Below are positions 27,881 through 38,396 of a stretch of 64,000 nucleotides of DNA, piece after piece (position 1 is the stretch's first letter; each line of letters opens with the position of its first letter). The position numbers were made by a program, and so were the translations under genes. The stretch comes from a virus (Duplodnaviria; Caudoviricetes). The notes below the pieces were generated by a model that did not search any database, had not been told where the DNA came from, and saw nothing but the letters and a program-made list of their open reading frames with translations. The DNA lies in IMG/VR virus record IMGVR_UViG_2551306498_000001, positions 5,042 through 69,041 of that record. One strand, written 5' to 3'.

Positions 27881-28165
27881 ATGGAGCGAAAAGAAATTTT
27901 GATTGGAAATAAAAAGTATGAGTTGTTGTCTTTTGAAAATATCCAACATATAGATTTTGATGGTCAGGAAATGGATGCGGTATCTGTCTTTTTCAAAGTA
28001 GAGACACAAGAAGAATGTATGGATACAGCAAATTTGTACAGTTCTCGTAAGCATTATTCTGTCAAGCTCCCAGATGAGGATACATTTTACGGACTTTCTG
28101 TTTCTGCTTCTTCTGGAAGTGAAAATGATAGAGTATATTCAGTCCATGTTGTTTTCGGGATATAA
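27881..28165 (+). CDS. Hypothetical cargo protein
   Basis: 94-aa ORF. Confidence 0.65.
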   Translation: MERKEILIGNKKYELLSFENIQHIDFDGQEMDAVSVFFKVETQEECMDTANLYSSRKHYSVKLPDEDTFYGLSVSASSGSENDRVYSVHVVFGI

Positions 28166-28275
28166 CTCAAGATTAAGTATCTTTCTTGGTTGTGCTGTTT
28201 GTTTGCGAATTTATTAAAAGTAATGGAAACAAAATATCACAACGCCCTTTTTATGTTTTAATTTGAGTATAGAAA

Positions 28276-28395
28276 TTGGAGTTACAAGTTATACCGATCA
28301 ATCAAATTAATGAAATCAGCTTAGAACGATCGCCTGGAACGAATGTACCGGTAAATGCTAGGAGTCATCAACGGCATAAGATTATATTGAAATAA
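28276..28395 (+). pseudogene. Second, more decayed ParB-like remnant
   Basis: (M)ELQVIPINQIN ... IAWNECTG ... SHQRHKIIL across frameshifts. Confidence 0.55.
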
Positions 28396-28481
28396 CTGGT
28401 TTATATTAAACTGTAGGTATCTATAACGGAAGTAGGTATCTTAAGTCGAGTTTTATTAGTCTATTTTAGGGAGCTGATTTG

Positions 28482-29633
28482 ATGGGGAAATTCATTGCAT
28501 TAAAAGTTGGTCAAGGAGATTCATTCTATCTTGAACATGAGGAAACATCTATTTTAGTAGATGGCGGAAGAGCACAAGAATATTTTCCTGATCTTTTTGA
28601 AGCTACAACTAGCAAGGATAAAGTTGATATTATTGTCTGTACACATAGTGATGCTGATCATGCATATGGTATACTGGGATTTTTAAAAAGTCATCTTACT
28701 TGTAAAGAGGTTTGGTTACCAGGAATTTGGACAGACAGACTTCAAGATTTGCTTGAAAGTGAAAATAAATTTATTGAAGAATTAGTTAGTAGGATTGATT
28801 CTTTAGGTAATGATGACACTGAGTTTAAATTAGAAGAGTATGGTGATATCCATTCAGAAAAAATACATACTAAATTGAAAGAAACCAATGGTATGGATGA
28901 AAAACCAATATCCTTAATAATGGACAGAATAGAGGAATCTTATTCTGATGTTGATTTCAAATTAGAATTAACACTTAATCATTACTCTTATCTTCCAATT
29001 ATTTGGAAAGATAGGGGCTCATTTAAATGGGACTTATTTGTAGAAGCGATTGATACGGCTAAAATCATAAAGGAAATTGCTTCTCAAGCTTATCATAAAG
29101 GAGCCTTAATTAGATGGTTTCAGTATGATGATAGAAGAAGTGAGGGTGGGGAAAAAGGGACTTTAGTGCCAATAAACTCTATTGAAATTATTAAAGTCTC
29201 ACCACGAAAATTAGATGCGCTAGAATATCTCTCTCTTTCCCGTGCCAACAAGCTTAGCCTTGTATTTCACTCTGAAGGAAATGATAATACCCCTGCAGTA
29301 TTATTTTCGGCAGATTCAGATTTGTCGTTTAATCAAGAAATACCTTGGACGAATGGAATGATAATAACTGCAGCACACCATGGGGCTGAGAGCAATAAAG
29401 GGTTTTACGATAGATATGAACTTGATAAAGGGACTAAGTATATTAAACCAATATGGGTTCGAAGTGATGGGAAATATGCAAAGAGACCTGGGAATTGGTT
29501 TACCTCTATTACATCTGACTCTAAATTCTGTACCTTATGTCGTGGTGGTGGAAAAATAAAGCAAAATGTCCATTTAGGCATTGTTAACTCTAATTGGTCG
29601 GCAATATCTACAAATCTCTGTAGTTGTAAATGA
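28482..29633 (+). CDS. Metallo-beta-lactamase-fold hydrolase (ComEC/Rec2-like, stand-alone)
   Basis: 'VGQGDSF', 'LVDGG', 'THSDADH' (HxDxDH), 'AHHG'. Confidence 0.85.
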   Translation: MGKFIALKVGQGDSFYLEHEETSILVDGGRAQEYFPDLFEATTSKDKVDIIVCTHSDADHAYGILGFLKSHLTCKEVWLPGIWTDRLQDLLESENKFIEELVSRIDSLGNDDTEFKLEEYGDIHSEKIHTKLKETNGMDEKPISLIMDRIEESYSDVDFKLELTLNHYSYLPIIWKDRGSFKWDLFVEAIDTAKIIKEIASQAYHKGALIRWFQYDDRRSEGGEKGTLVPINSIEIIKVSPRKLDALEYLSLSRANKLSLVFHSEGNDNTPAVLFSADSDLSFNQEIPWTNGMIITAAHHGAESNKGFYDRYELDKGTKYIKPIWVRSDGKYAKRPGNWFTSITSDSKFCTLCRGGGKIKQNVHLGIVNSNWSAISTNLCSCK

Positions 29634-29969
29634 ATGAGATAGTTGAACTTGATGTTGTTTACAGAATGTATGATGAAAAGAAATGCTTTGTAGTGAAATA
29701 AGGCATAAAGGTGAAAGTGGCCAAAACCACTCTACTAACAAAGCAGTGTTAAGAATGAAAACAAGATGCTAGACACATTGTTACGAAATATGATGTGGTT
29801 GAAAAGGTACTGTGAAGGGTGACTGTCTCGTTCCTTCTTTGTTGGGGGGATTAATAAGAGGTTGTCCATTAAATCCGTAGTAACACTATAGTAACTCGAT
29901 GATATTATAAATCCATAGAAGTATGAAGAACTTTAGAAGGTAAGGAAACTTTTCCTGCCTTCTATTTTT

Positions 29970-31445
29970 ATGTCTGGAGGTGAAACATTGAAATGGTATC
30001 ATAAAGCCATTTATTCATTTGCGAATTCAGTTCTTCCGGCTGCCGTAAAGCGGCAGATGATGGGTATTGGTAGAATGACCTCGCCAAGGTCATCAAACGG
30101 ATGGGATATATTCAATTGGCTCCCGAAAAAGTACCAGAGAGCTCATAACATTGATCTGACTAAACTCCAAAACCATACAGCCGAGGAATTGCTTGAGATT
30201 CTTGTGTCTGTTCATCCCGATATTTCGCATGCGCTCTACAACTTTCTGCGTATGGGAGACACGCCACTTACATTTACAGCAAAGAAGCAGAGTGGCAGTG
30301 ACGATAAGAATGGGCAGAGATCGTTAGATGCAATCAAGAACTTACTGGATTCTCCACTTCCCTCACCTGGTTATCAGCATGGAAGGTCGTTGGACAAGCT
30401 TGATACGATTCAGCGGATGATGATCATGGTACGTGGGGCTTGTGCTGGTGAAGTAGTTCTTAACGATCGTTGTAACGATGTGATTGATATCATACCTGTT
30501 GACCCTGCGACGATTTGGTTTAGGAGAGAAGAGGGGACGAATCGACTTGTGCCTTGGCAATACATCAAGAATCCACGACCTCGTACTGGCGAAGAATGGT
30601 ATGGTCAGTATAAGAAGATCGATACGCCGACATTCATTTATGAAGAGTTCGATCCGATGATAGATGATCCGTATGGGCGAACACCGATATTACCTGTTCT
30701 TCAAGCGGTGTTTTTTCATTTACAGGTTTTGCAGGATTTGAAGGCAGTTGTTCACAATCAGGGATACCCAAGATTGGATATTTCCGTGGTTGAGGAAGTC
30801 TTATTAAAAAACATGCCAAATCAATATAAGAATAATCCTGCTGGTCAACAAAAGTGGTTGACTGAACGTATGAGTGAAATTATGGGGCATTTTAATTCGC
30901 TAAATCCAGATGACGCTATGATTCATTGGGATAGTGTGAAAGTTGAATATCTCAAGGGTGGCAATTCAGGACCGATGATCGACATCAAAAAATTGATTGA
31001 TATTATTGATACTCAGATGGCAACCGGATTGAAGACTTTGCTCACATTACTGTCTAGGCATCAAGGTTCCACTGAGACATACAGCTCCGTGGATACTCAA
31101 ATATATATCAAGTCTGTAGAGTCCGCACGGAACGTAACCAAGCGTTTCTGGAAGCGGGCTTTTTCTATGGCTGCTAGAGTACGTGGTATTCAAACGCTTG
31201 TTCAAGCAGATTATGCTCCGATTGATTTGCGTTCCGAGATGGAACGAGAACGAGATTTAAGAGCGAAGCTGAACAACTATGTGCTTGCAGAAAAGGAACG
31301 TTACATCACGTCTAGGGAAGCTGCTACAGAGGCTAGATGGATAATAGGTCTTGATCCTAACATTCCGCTTGAGTTAATTACAGAACTGGAGAACAAACGC
31401 TCTACTGCTCAAACACAGCCTCTTGTCACTCCGCAGAATGAGTGA
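29970..31445 (+). CDS. Portal protein
   Basis: 491 aa, first gene of the head module, 'DDPYGRTP' motif; start may be TTG 29988. Confidence 0.8.
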   Translation: MSGGETLKWYHKAIYSFANSVLPAAVKRQMMGIGRMTSPRSSNGWDIFNWLPKKYQRAHNIDLTKLQNHTAEELLEILVSVHPDISHALYNFLRMGDTPLTFTAKKQSGSDDKNGQRSLDAIKNLLDSPLPSPGYQHGRSLDKLDTIQRMMIMVRGACAGEVVLNDRCNDVIDIIPVDPATIWFRREEGTNRLVPWQYIKNPRPRTGEEWYGQYKKIDTPTFIYEEFDPMIDDPYGRTPILPVLQAVFFHLQVLQDLKAVVHNQGYPRLDISVVEEVLLKNMPNQYKNNPAGQQKWLTERMSEIMGHFNSLNPDDAMIHWDSVKVEYLKGGNSGPMIDIKKLIDIIDTQMATGLKTLLTLLSRHQGSTETYSSVDTQIYIKSVESARNVTKRFWKRAFSMAARVRGIQTLVQADYAPIDLRSEMERERDLRAKLNNYVLAEKERYITSREAATEARWIIGLDPNIPLELITELENKRSTAQTQPLVTPQNE

Positions 31446-31483
31446 GTTGGCAAGTTTACTATATCAAGGAGGTGAAAAACCAA

Positions 31484-32797
31484 ATGGCAAAACCGTCTGT
31501 GGAGCAACTGTCAAAAATTAATCAAAAGGCACTTGTCCCTCTTACCGAAGAACAAGTCCATGTTTTCCAGGCAAGGATCATCGGAACGAAGAGGATTGAT
31601 AAGTACAAAATGAAAATAACTCCAAACTTTCTTCGTAAGATGGCTGATCAAGTCAAAGAAGGTGTGGCCCTGCTAGTGGACCATCCATGGCAAAAGTGGG
31701 AATCACTCTCTTTCCCATATGGCAGGACCTTCGACAGCCGTATTGTTGAGGAGAATGGGGAACTGGAGCTATACGGTGACCATTACATGGCTAAGGGTCT
31801 TGAAGCAAATGGGATATCCACGGACCAATTGGCTACTGGTATTGATGCGGGTACGATCTTCGACACATCAGCTGGCTTTATATCCACGAAGCATACCTGT
31901 TGCATATGCGGTGGGGATTACTACCGAAATCCTGATTGTACGCATATCAGGGGATTTGAATACGATGGCAAAGAATGTCTTGTTCTTGCTGATGACGGTT
32001 ACATCATGGAAAACTCAATTGTATTCGATGGAGGCTATGAGGGAGCTGGCATCACGCGTGGTTCCCTTTCGTCAAAAATTCAAGAAGATAATGAGGTCCA
32101 GCAGCAAACTGAATATGAACCACTCCCCTTAGATGCGAAGTCGCTGGATGGCGATGGACGCGTCTTTTATTTTTTCAGCAACAAAGGCGGCATGAACGCT
32201 TTTGTATCCAAACAGCACCAAACATTAGAACAGGCCAAAATACAGGCCGAAGGAGATGACACTGTGACAGAAGAACAAAAGGCTGCTTTGGCAGTATCAC
32301 AAACTCAAACAATCGCGCTGACTGCTGCGAATAGTGTACTCGGACAAGTCCGGGCTGTGCTGGGTGTTGAAAATGATGCGGACATTACCTCAAAGTTGGC
32401 TACACTTAGCGCTCAGGCTGCTGATGGTGCAGTCTACAAGACAAAGGTTACGGAGCAAGCTTGCGGCGCTGGTGTACGTGCGTTGGGAGAAGCGTTTAAT
32501 ACGGAAACCATGAAAGCTATGCTGTCCCACTTGCCAGTATCTGAGATTGAAAAAATTGGCGCGACTTACGAAGCTCAGGCTCAAGCTGCATTGGGTGGTG
32601 GTGGTCGTCATACCGAAGGTGATAACCCTGATCTTCCTGCAGGAGCTGCCAATGGAACAGCGCCAACTAACGCGCAGGCTGCTGGTCAAAAGTCACCAGA
32701 ACAACTCCAAACAGAGGCGAAGGAAATGGCTAGAGCTGATGCTATAGCTGCCCTCAAAAATACCGGCAGAAGTAATCTGCTGAAGGAGGATAAGTAA
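31484..32797 (+). CDS. Prohead protease/scaffold fusion
   Basis: N-terminal protease-like region ('LLVDHPW', 'DTSAGF', CCICG..C.H) and an Ala-rich helical scaffold C-terminus; between portal and decoration/capsid genes. Confidence 0.7.
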   Translation: MAKPSVEQLSKINQKALVPLTEEQVHVFQARIIGTKRIDKYKMKITPNFLRKMADQVKEGVALLVDHPWQKWESLSFPYGRTFDSRIVEENGELELYGDHYMAKGLEANGISTDQLATGIDAGTIFDTSAGFISTKHTCCICGGDYYRNPDCTHIRGFEYDGKECLVLADDGYIMENSIVFDGGYEGAGITRGSLSSKIQEDNEVQQQTEYEPLPLDAKSLDGDGRVFYFFSNKGGMNAFVSKQHQTLEQAKIQAEGDDTVTEEQKAALAVSQTQTIALTAANSVLGQVRAVLGVENDADITSKLATLSAQAADGAVYKTKVTEQACGAGVRALGEAFNTETMKAMLSHLPVSEIEKIGATYEAQAQAALGGGGRHTEGDNPDLPAGAANGTAPTNAQAAGQKSPEQLQTEAKEMARADAIAALKNTGRSNLLKEDK

Positions 32798-32798
32798 T

Positions 32799-33167
32799 AT
32801 GATTGGATCTCAATACAACGGTGCTCCGGGACCTGGTCAGATTAACACACAGGAATTTGTTGAAGTTCTTGCTTCCACGGACTTGCAAGCGCGGATTCCT
32901 GGTGGCGTGTTGCTTGCAAAAGGGAACGGAGTAATTAAGAAAGGTACTGTCCTTGGAAGGGTAACAGCTACTAATAAATTCGTTCCCTATCTCTCTTCAG
33001 CATCCGATGGTTCGCAAGACGCTGTTTGCATTTTGGACAATGATCAGGATACTACGCTTACCGATATGGGCGCTTCAGCGTGGATTGCTGGTATTTTCAC
33101 TGAATCTAAAATTACAGGCATTGATGCAGCGGCTAAAACAGCGCTGAAGCTTTGCTACTTTGTATAA
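32799..33167 (+). CDS. Head decoration protein (lambda D-like)
   Basis: 'GVIKKGTVLGRVTATNKFVPY...ASDGSQDAVCIL'. Confidence 0.85.
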   Translation: MIGSQYNGAPGPGQINTQEFVEVLASTDLQARIPGGVLLAKGNGVIKKGTVLGRVTATNKFVPYLSSASDGSQDAVCILDNDQDTTLTDMGASAWIAGIFTESKITGIDAAAKTALKLCYFV

Positions 33168-33182
33168 GGGGGAACAACATAA

Positions 33183-34196
33183 ATGGCAAACGTACTCGAC
33201 CCGTACTTCCTTACGGAAGTCGTTCAGAACATTCGGACAGATATTAACAGTTTTCGAGGTGCTCAAATCCTGACAAATGGTGTGGATTTCAAACCAGAAC
33301 TCGGGCTGACAATTAAATATGACGTTACTTACGACGATACCGGCATGACTCCACCTACTGGACTCAATGATCCCTCACCGATCCATGCCGCTCCTGTTGT
33401 GAAACAAATGGAATTCACCAACCAGGAATGGCGTGAGAAGGCAATCATTGATCGAGAAAAGATTGCTACTCTTCGTAAGCCGGGCACGAGCCTTGAGCAA
33501 ACTTGGGGCGAAGAATACATGATTGAAAAAATGGTGAATCTCAACCAACGTCTTGAAACTCGATTCGAGTGGATGCGTTGGCAATCACTTACAGGCAGCC
33601 TTGTTGTTCCAGCAACTGCGAATAAACCTTCTCGGACAATCGACTACGGCGTTCCGGCAAATAACAAGCCTACAGCTGATGTCCTTTGGAACAATATCGC
33701 AACTGCTGATCCTTTGAAAAATCTTGATGAATGGCTTCTTAGATTCCGGGGGAGTGGCGCAAGAGGTGTTAAAGTTGTAGCTAATAAAAAAGTAGACAGT
33801 TACCTGAAGCAAAACGAAAAAATCCGCGATCTGATCAAATTCACTTACGGCAAAGATATTGTAACGGATGGTTCGCTTTCAGAAATCGTCAGCCAAAACC
33901 TGAATGGTCTTCAATACGAAGTGTATGATGGTGGATACATTGACGATACAGGAACGTTCTACCCGTTTATCCCTGACAACGCTGTAATCATCATTGGTCA
34001 AGGCATGACAGGTTCTATCATGGACCTAGTGACGAGCCCGAACAACTACGAAGACATCTTTACTGGTCACACAGGAAAATTCGCACTCGCTAAACTTATT
34101 CAAGGCGACCCTGACCAATGGCAAGTAATTAACGGGGCAACTGTGCTGCCACGTTTGAAATACGTCAACTGGCACATTTTTGCTACAGTGGCGTGA
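33183..34196 (+). CDS. Major capsid protein (capsid E family)
   Basis: 337 aa after the decoration gene; 'RLETRFEWMRWQSL', 'IDYGVP', 'ADPLKNL'. Confidence 0.9.
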   Translation: MANVLDPYFLTEVVQNIRTDINSFRGAQILTNGVDFKPELGLTIKYDVTYDDTGMTPPTGLNDPSPIHAAPVVKQMEFTNQEWREKAIIDREKIATLRKPGTSLEQTWGEEYMIEKMVNLNQRLETRFEWMRWQSLTGSLVVPATANKPSRTIDYGVPANNKPTADVLWNNIATADPLKNLDEWLLRFRGSGARGVKVVANKKVDSYLKQNEKIRDLIKFTYGKDIVTDGSLSEIVSQNLNGLQYEVYDGGYIDDTGTFYPFIPDNAVIIIGQGMTGSIMDLVTSPNNYEDIFTGHTGKFALAKLIQGDPDQWQVINGATVLPRLKYVNWHIFATVA

Positions 34197-34210
34197 GGGA
34201 GGAATGACCT

Positions 34211-34621
34211 ATGACGATTGTAAAAGTTTTGGTTGATGCTGTTGGGGAATACAACGCAGGGGACATCGTAAAAGATGCCCCTGATGGACTTATTGAGATT
34301 GCTAAAAAGCAAGTTCGCAATGCGGCAACCGGAAAGTTGTTAGCCGAGATTATTGTGGGAGATGTGGGTTCTACAGACACACCCTCCGAACGAGAACAAA
34401 AACTCCAGGAAGAATTGGACGAATCGAAGAAGCGGGAAGAGGACCTGTTGGCTCAGATTGCCGAACTGCAATCTGTTATGCATGATGGAGATTCGGACGA
34501 TGTATTGAAAGATCTGAAATCAACAGCAAAGGACCTGAAGATCCAAGGCTATACCAAGATGGATGCCGACGAGTTGAAGAAAGCTATCGATTCGGTTGGT
34601 GGTGATAATGATGGCAAATAA
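34211..34621 (+). CDS. Head-associated protein with C-terminal Rho-N/HeH-like domain
   Basis: 'LKDLKSTAKDLKIQGYTKMDADELKKAI'. Confidence 0.65.
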   Translation: MTIVKVLVDAVGEYNAGDIVKDAPDGLIEIAKKQVRNAATGKLLAEIIVGDVGSTDTPSEREQKLQEELDESKKREEDLLAQIAELQSVMHDGDSDDVLKDLKSTAKDLKIQGYTKMDADELKKAIDSVGGDNDGK

Positions 34622-35051
34622 GATCCTCACTACGGAAACGTATCATGAGGAAATTAGAGGGCGTCTAGGTATCGGTGAAGATGTAATAACCGACTCCAAC
34701 ATAGACGCTTTTTCTGTTTTGCCAATTGGTGAGGCACGGATTGTAAAGTTAGTTCCAGACTACGCTGATTTGACTGGAGATGACCAAGCCTATGTATATG
34801 CAGCAGCTATTTGTATGGTTGCTGCTATACTGGCTCCATCTATGGCTGCGAGAATCAAAAAAACGATGAAAGATTTCGATTTCTCTTTCGAAAATCAGGC
34901 AGTCAATTGGGATAGACGTGCCTCACAACTGGTTGATGAGGCAAATGAGTTCATTGGCTTGATCTCAAGTTTTCAAGAGACCTTGGATGCTCCATTATTT
35001 TTGTTGTCTGGTCCCACGAGGAGAAGGAAAGGCGGAGTTTCTAATGTTTAA
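34596..35051 (+). CDS. Head-tail adaptor
   Basis: Position after the capsid genes; 151 aa. Confidence 0.6.
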   Translation: MVVIMMANKILTTETYHEEIRGRLGIGEDVITDSNIDAFSVLPIGEARIVKLVPDYADLTGDDQAYVYAAAICMVAAILAPSMAARIKKTMKDFDFSFENQAVNWDRRASQLVDEANEFIGLISSFQETLDAPLFLLSGPTRRRKGGVSNV

Positions 35052-35619
35052 AGATTTCGCTCATAGACATTCTCCCTGTACTGTAAATGGGGAACCGGAT
35101 AAAGTCATTCTGTCCAGAGAAACAAAGGCGACTACGGTTCTTGGTAAAGAGTACATGTACAATGGCCTTTTTGCTCCTAAGTCGTCTGTATTACCTGGGG
35201 ATGTCGTACAGAATGACATGACTCTCTTGGTTCAAACTCTCCGTTTCACCGCAACCAAAGACAAATACTGCTCCTTGATCAAAACAAACGTTACCACGGA
35301 AGTACAACGGTACATGCAGGAATATGATGAGAATGACAATCCAAAGGGCAAACCGGAGTTTACACCTGTTGCCGATGAAGTTGTTGGGTTTGCTCAACAC
35401 GTCACTGCGCAGCTCAAGCAAGAAGAACCTGGTCTTTTATCAACAACATCACTGGTTCTACTTTTGCAGACCAATGTGGATGTCAGAGAACCAAGCGACC
35501 CGGCGCTGATGAGTCCAGACCGCATTTTGATTACTGGAAAGAAATATCAAGTGGATGTAGTAGATCGGATCAAGTATCCGAATCTTCTGCACATTCAGTT
35601 ATGCGAGGACCGGCGATGA
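35044..35619 (+). CDS. Head closure/connector protein
   Basis: Start MFKDFAHR at 35044; assigned by synteny. Confidence 0.55.
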   Translation: MFKDFAHRHSPCTVNGEPDKVILSRETKATTVLGKEYMYNGLFAPKSSVLPGDVVQNDMTLLVQTLRFTATKDKYCSLIKTNVTTEVQRYMQEYDENDNPKGKPEFTPVADEVVGFAQHVTAQLKQEEPGLLSTTSLVLLLQTNVDVREPSDPALMSPDRILITGKKYQVDVVDRIKYPNLLHIQLCEDRR

Positions 35620-36194
35620 TTACCGGTTATGATGCTGAACGTGCAGCAAGAGACTTGGAAAACAAGTTGGCGGTTGAAATCACAGGTCTAACGAAAATCG
35701 TATTACTTACTGCGAAGACCGGCATTCGGTACTATCCTGCTGTCCGTGAGCGGTTGGAGATGAAAATGATCGTGCTAGCGAACCAAATGATTTCAGGAGA
35801 CATCACTGCTGATTACTGGCAAGCCTGGCTGGAACAGTTCGGTAAAGGATCACTTATGGCTGGACCGAGTCAAAACCCCGGCTTAGTCAGCTACATTAAC
35901 AGTGAGGCGTGGAACAAGCTGAGATCAAAGGGTAGCCGGGTAGTCGTAGGCCGGGGTAGAGGTACTTACAGAGCTATCGATGGCACAATTAAAAAGTCCA
36001 AAGGCGGATACGCAGGTGTAGATTTGGAGGAGTTGGCAGAACGTGGGGATCTTGATCCTTCGTTCAAAGCCACTCCTCCTACTTATTTTATGCGTATAGC
36101 TCTTGAATCCAATCGTGATCGAATATTAAACGGGATTAGTCGTGTCATTACCGAGTTTCCATATCATCGTTACTTCAGGGAGGTGAGAGATTGA
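35616..36194 (+). CDS. Neck/tail completion protein
   Basis: Synteny; 'WLEQFGKGS', 'PPTYFMRIAL'. Confidence 0.55.
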   Translation: MITGYDAERAARDLENKLAVEITGLTKIVLLTAKTGIRYYPAVRERLEMKMIVLANQMISGDITADYWQAWLEQFGKGSLMAGPSQNPGLVSYINSEAWNKLRSKGSRVVVGRGRGTYRAIDGTIKKSKGGYAGVDLEELAERGDLDPSFKATPPTYFMRIALESNRDRILNGISRVITEFPYHRYFREVRD

Positions 36195-36625
36195 GTCTTC
36201 AATTGTTGGATGCAGTTCAGCATGCGCTTAAAGGTGATGCCGAACTCATGGAGTTACTTGAGCTTGACTCATCTTCACCTTCCGAGGAGGTAGTGAAGAG
36301 GTTAACGAAGGGAATGGAGCCTGAAATCACTGTAAGTCATGAAACTGTTCCTCATATCTGCCAATATGTGATGCCAGGGCGCTTTTCTCCGAATCAATTA
36401 GTCTTCGAAGGAAAGTTTTGCTTAGATTTTTATGCTGGGAATGGTTATGCCGCGAAGCTGCTGTTTGAAAGAGCGTTTTGTATTTTACACGATAAACGGA
36501 TTACGATGCCAGGTTGGGCGACATACCTCTGCGTATTAACGTATGATGCTGATTTTGCAACTGGAATACAAGGTGTCAAAGGATATAAGGCCATATTTGA
36601 TGTGGACTATCTCCGGATGAATTGA
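36191..36625 (+). CDS. Tail terminator protein
   Basis: Synteny, just before the tail tube gene. Confidence 0.55.
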   Translation: MSLQLLDAVQHALKGDAELMELLELDSSSPSEEVVKRLTKGMEPEITVSHETVPHICQYVMPGRFSPNQLVFEGKFCLDFYAGNGYAAKLLFERAFCILHDKRITMPGWATYLCVLTYDADFATGIQGVKGYKAIFDVDYLRMN

Positions 36626-36634
36626 GGTGAGGAT

Positions 36635-36841
36635 ATGTCTGAAAAACAAACTGAAGTAACAGATAACAAGCCGGAACTTAAGGAAGAATTTCCTGAGCTA
36701 GAGAAGTTGATTCGAGAAAAGATTCGTCTTGCACAAAAACTCGGATTGATGGATGGCAAGGAACCGGTTGAAGGATATGAAAAATCGAAGGAATACAAAA
36801 GAATTGAAGAGATTGATGCACGGCTCTGGGAGCTAGTGTAA
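36635..36841 (+). CDS. Hypothetical protein
   Basis: 68 aa; RBS GAGGTGAGG. Confidence 0.65.
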   Translation: MSEKQTEVTDNKPELKEEFPELEKLIREKIRLAQKLGLMDGKEPVEGYEKSKEYKRIEEIDARLWELV

Positions 36842-36868
36842 TCAACTTTATACCCAAGGAGGATAAAT

Positions 36869-37639
36869 ATGAGACCACTCGTTTTTGATGGCGTAGGAAC
36901 AATCGTAGCCCGTAATTTGGATAACACAATTAAGTACGTTGAGGACAAGGTAACAAAGGTTACGTTACAACTGCAATTTGACTGGCAGGCGGTTATGGGC
37001 GGCGACAGTGGTTATGCTTTTCACTACACCGCAGGGGACCTTCAAGACAAAGTAAGTATTGAAGTTCCGCGTTATTCAGCAGCTATTGCCGATATGTCTC
37101 AAGGGGGTAAAACAGAGAAAGGGTCTATTACCTTTGATGAAACAGAGACAGCATTCCTGAAATCAGGTGGTTATAAGCTTGCTTTTGGTAATACGCTCGT
37201 CGAGGATAGTGACGAAATATATCTGAAAGACCCTGATACAGATGCGTTGACACCACTTACCCGAGTAGCATCAACACCTACAGATCAACAGTACACCATT
37301 ACTGCAGAAGGATTAATTGAATCAACGGCTGCAAATAACGGAAAAGAACTGCTTGTGACTTATGTTTGGACTGAACAAGGAACGGAGACTTCTTTCAGCG
37401 GAACTCGCCGTCCTACTGCATTCAAATTCACACATCGTTTTAAACTGATTGACGATAAAACAAACAGCGAAATTCAATGCCAACTTACAATCTTCAAGGC
37501 TTTGGGCGGCGGTACGCTTGACGTTTCTCAGGAGCGTAAGAAAGCTAATACGTCTACCATGGATTTGCAAGTTATGGAGCCGGATCGTACACCGGAAAAT
37601 CCGAACGGTTATGCAATGACAATCAAGTTCGGAATTTAA
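36869..37639 (+). CDS. Major tail (tube) protein
   Basis: 256-aa beta-rich protein, followed by a terminator and the chaperone genes; no sheath gene present. Confidence 0.75.
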   Translation: MRPLVFDGVGTIVARNLDNTIKYVEDKVTKVTLQLQFDWQAVMGGDSGYAFHYTAGDLQDKVSIEVPRYSAAIADMSQGGKTEKGSITFDETETAFLKSGGYKLAFGNTLVEDSDEIYLKDPDTDALTPLTRVASTPTDQQYTITAEGLIESTAANNGKELLVTYVWTEQGTETSFSGTRRPTAFKFTHRFKLIDDKTNSEIQCQLTIFKALGGGTLDVSQERKKANTSTMDLQVMEPDRTPENPNGYAMTIKFGI

Positions 37640-37714
37640 ACCATCACACTCAACCCTGCCGGTAATCGGTGGGGTTCTTTTTTTGGTAAAAAATATATTT
37701 CAATTCAAAGGAGA

Positions 37715-38101
37715 ATGAACATGAGCGAAATTGAACAAGCAGTTGAAACCCAAGAAGAGAAAACGTTGGACCAGACTTTAAACATTGGCAGCACCGTACG
37801 TTTGGCTGAAGGTATCCAAAAGACAATCAAGGTCGGGACAATAAAGTTGATCCGGGAAGTTCGGCAGCATGCGAAGAACCTCAAAGGTATTCGTTTTAGT
37901 TATGTAATTGGACGTGATCCCATTGAAGCAACGCAAGTTGGTGAGCAGGATATTCCAGCCATTGATTGTCCATCTATTGAGCAGGCGTATCAAAAAGCGT
38001 TCGATCTGATCTTTGTTGAGGGTCTAACGGATGAAGAATATGAGCAAGTGGACATGGAGGGCATCCAGGCATTGGATGATGTTTTGGACCGATTTCTATA
38101 A
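37715..38101 (+). CDS. Tail assembly chaperone (gpG-like)
   Basis: Lies between tail tube and tape measure genes. Confidence 0.75.
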   Translation: MNMSEIEQAVETQEEKTLDQTLNIGSTVRLAEGIQKTIKVGTIKLIREVRQHAKNLKGIRFSYVIGRDPIEATQVGEQDIPAIDCPSIEQAYQKAFDLIFVEGLTDEEYEQVDMEGIQALDDVLDRFL

Positions 38102-38384
38102 GGAGTCTTTTCCTCCTGATTACGATGACGATGATGAGGATTCGGATGAAGGTGAAGTAGATCAACCAGGAACAGACTGGATGGGTCTATGGGCACTCTG
38201 TATCAGCAACGGAATATCTGATACAGAGTGGCCTAATATGACCATACCTAAAATACGAGCACTTATGAATGAAAAACAGCGGTCTCGTGAATTCGAAATC
38301 ACTCTTCATGGCGGTTCGGTTGAAAATAAAAAGCCGAAGAAAGCAAAATACTTATCCGATCTTGGTTTCTTCCAGCCAAGGTAG
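38093..38384 (+). CDS. Tail assembly chaperone extension (gpT-like), probably reached by frameshift
   Basis: Overlapping +1 frame ORF (track 38031..38384) with no strong RBS; junction CGA TTT CTA TAA. Confidence 0.55.
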
Positions 38385-38396
38385 GAAGGAGGCAAT

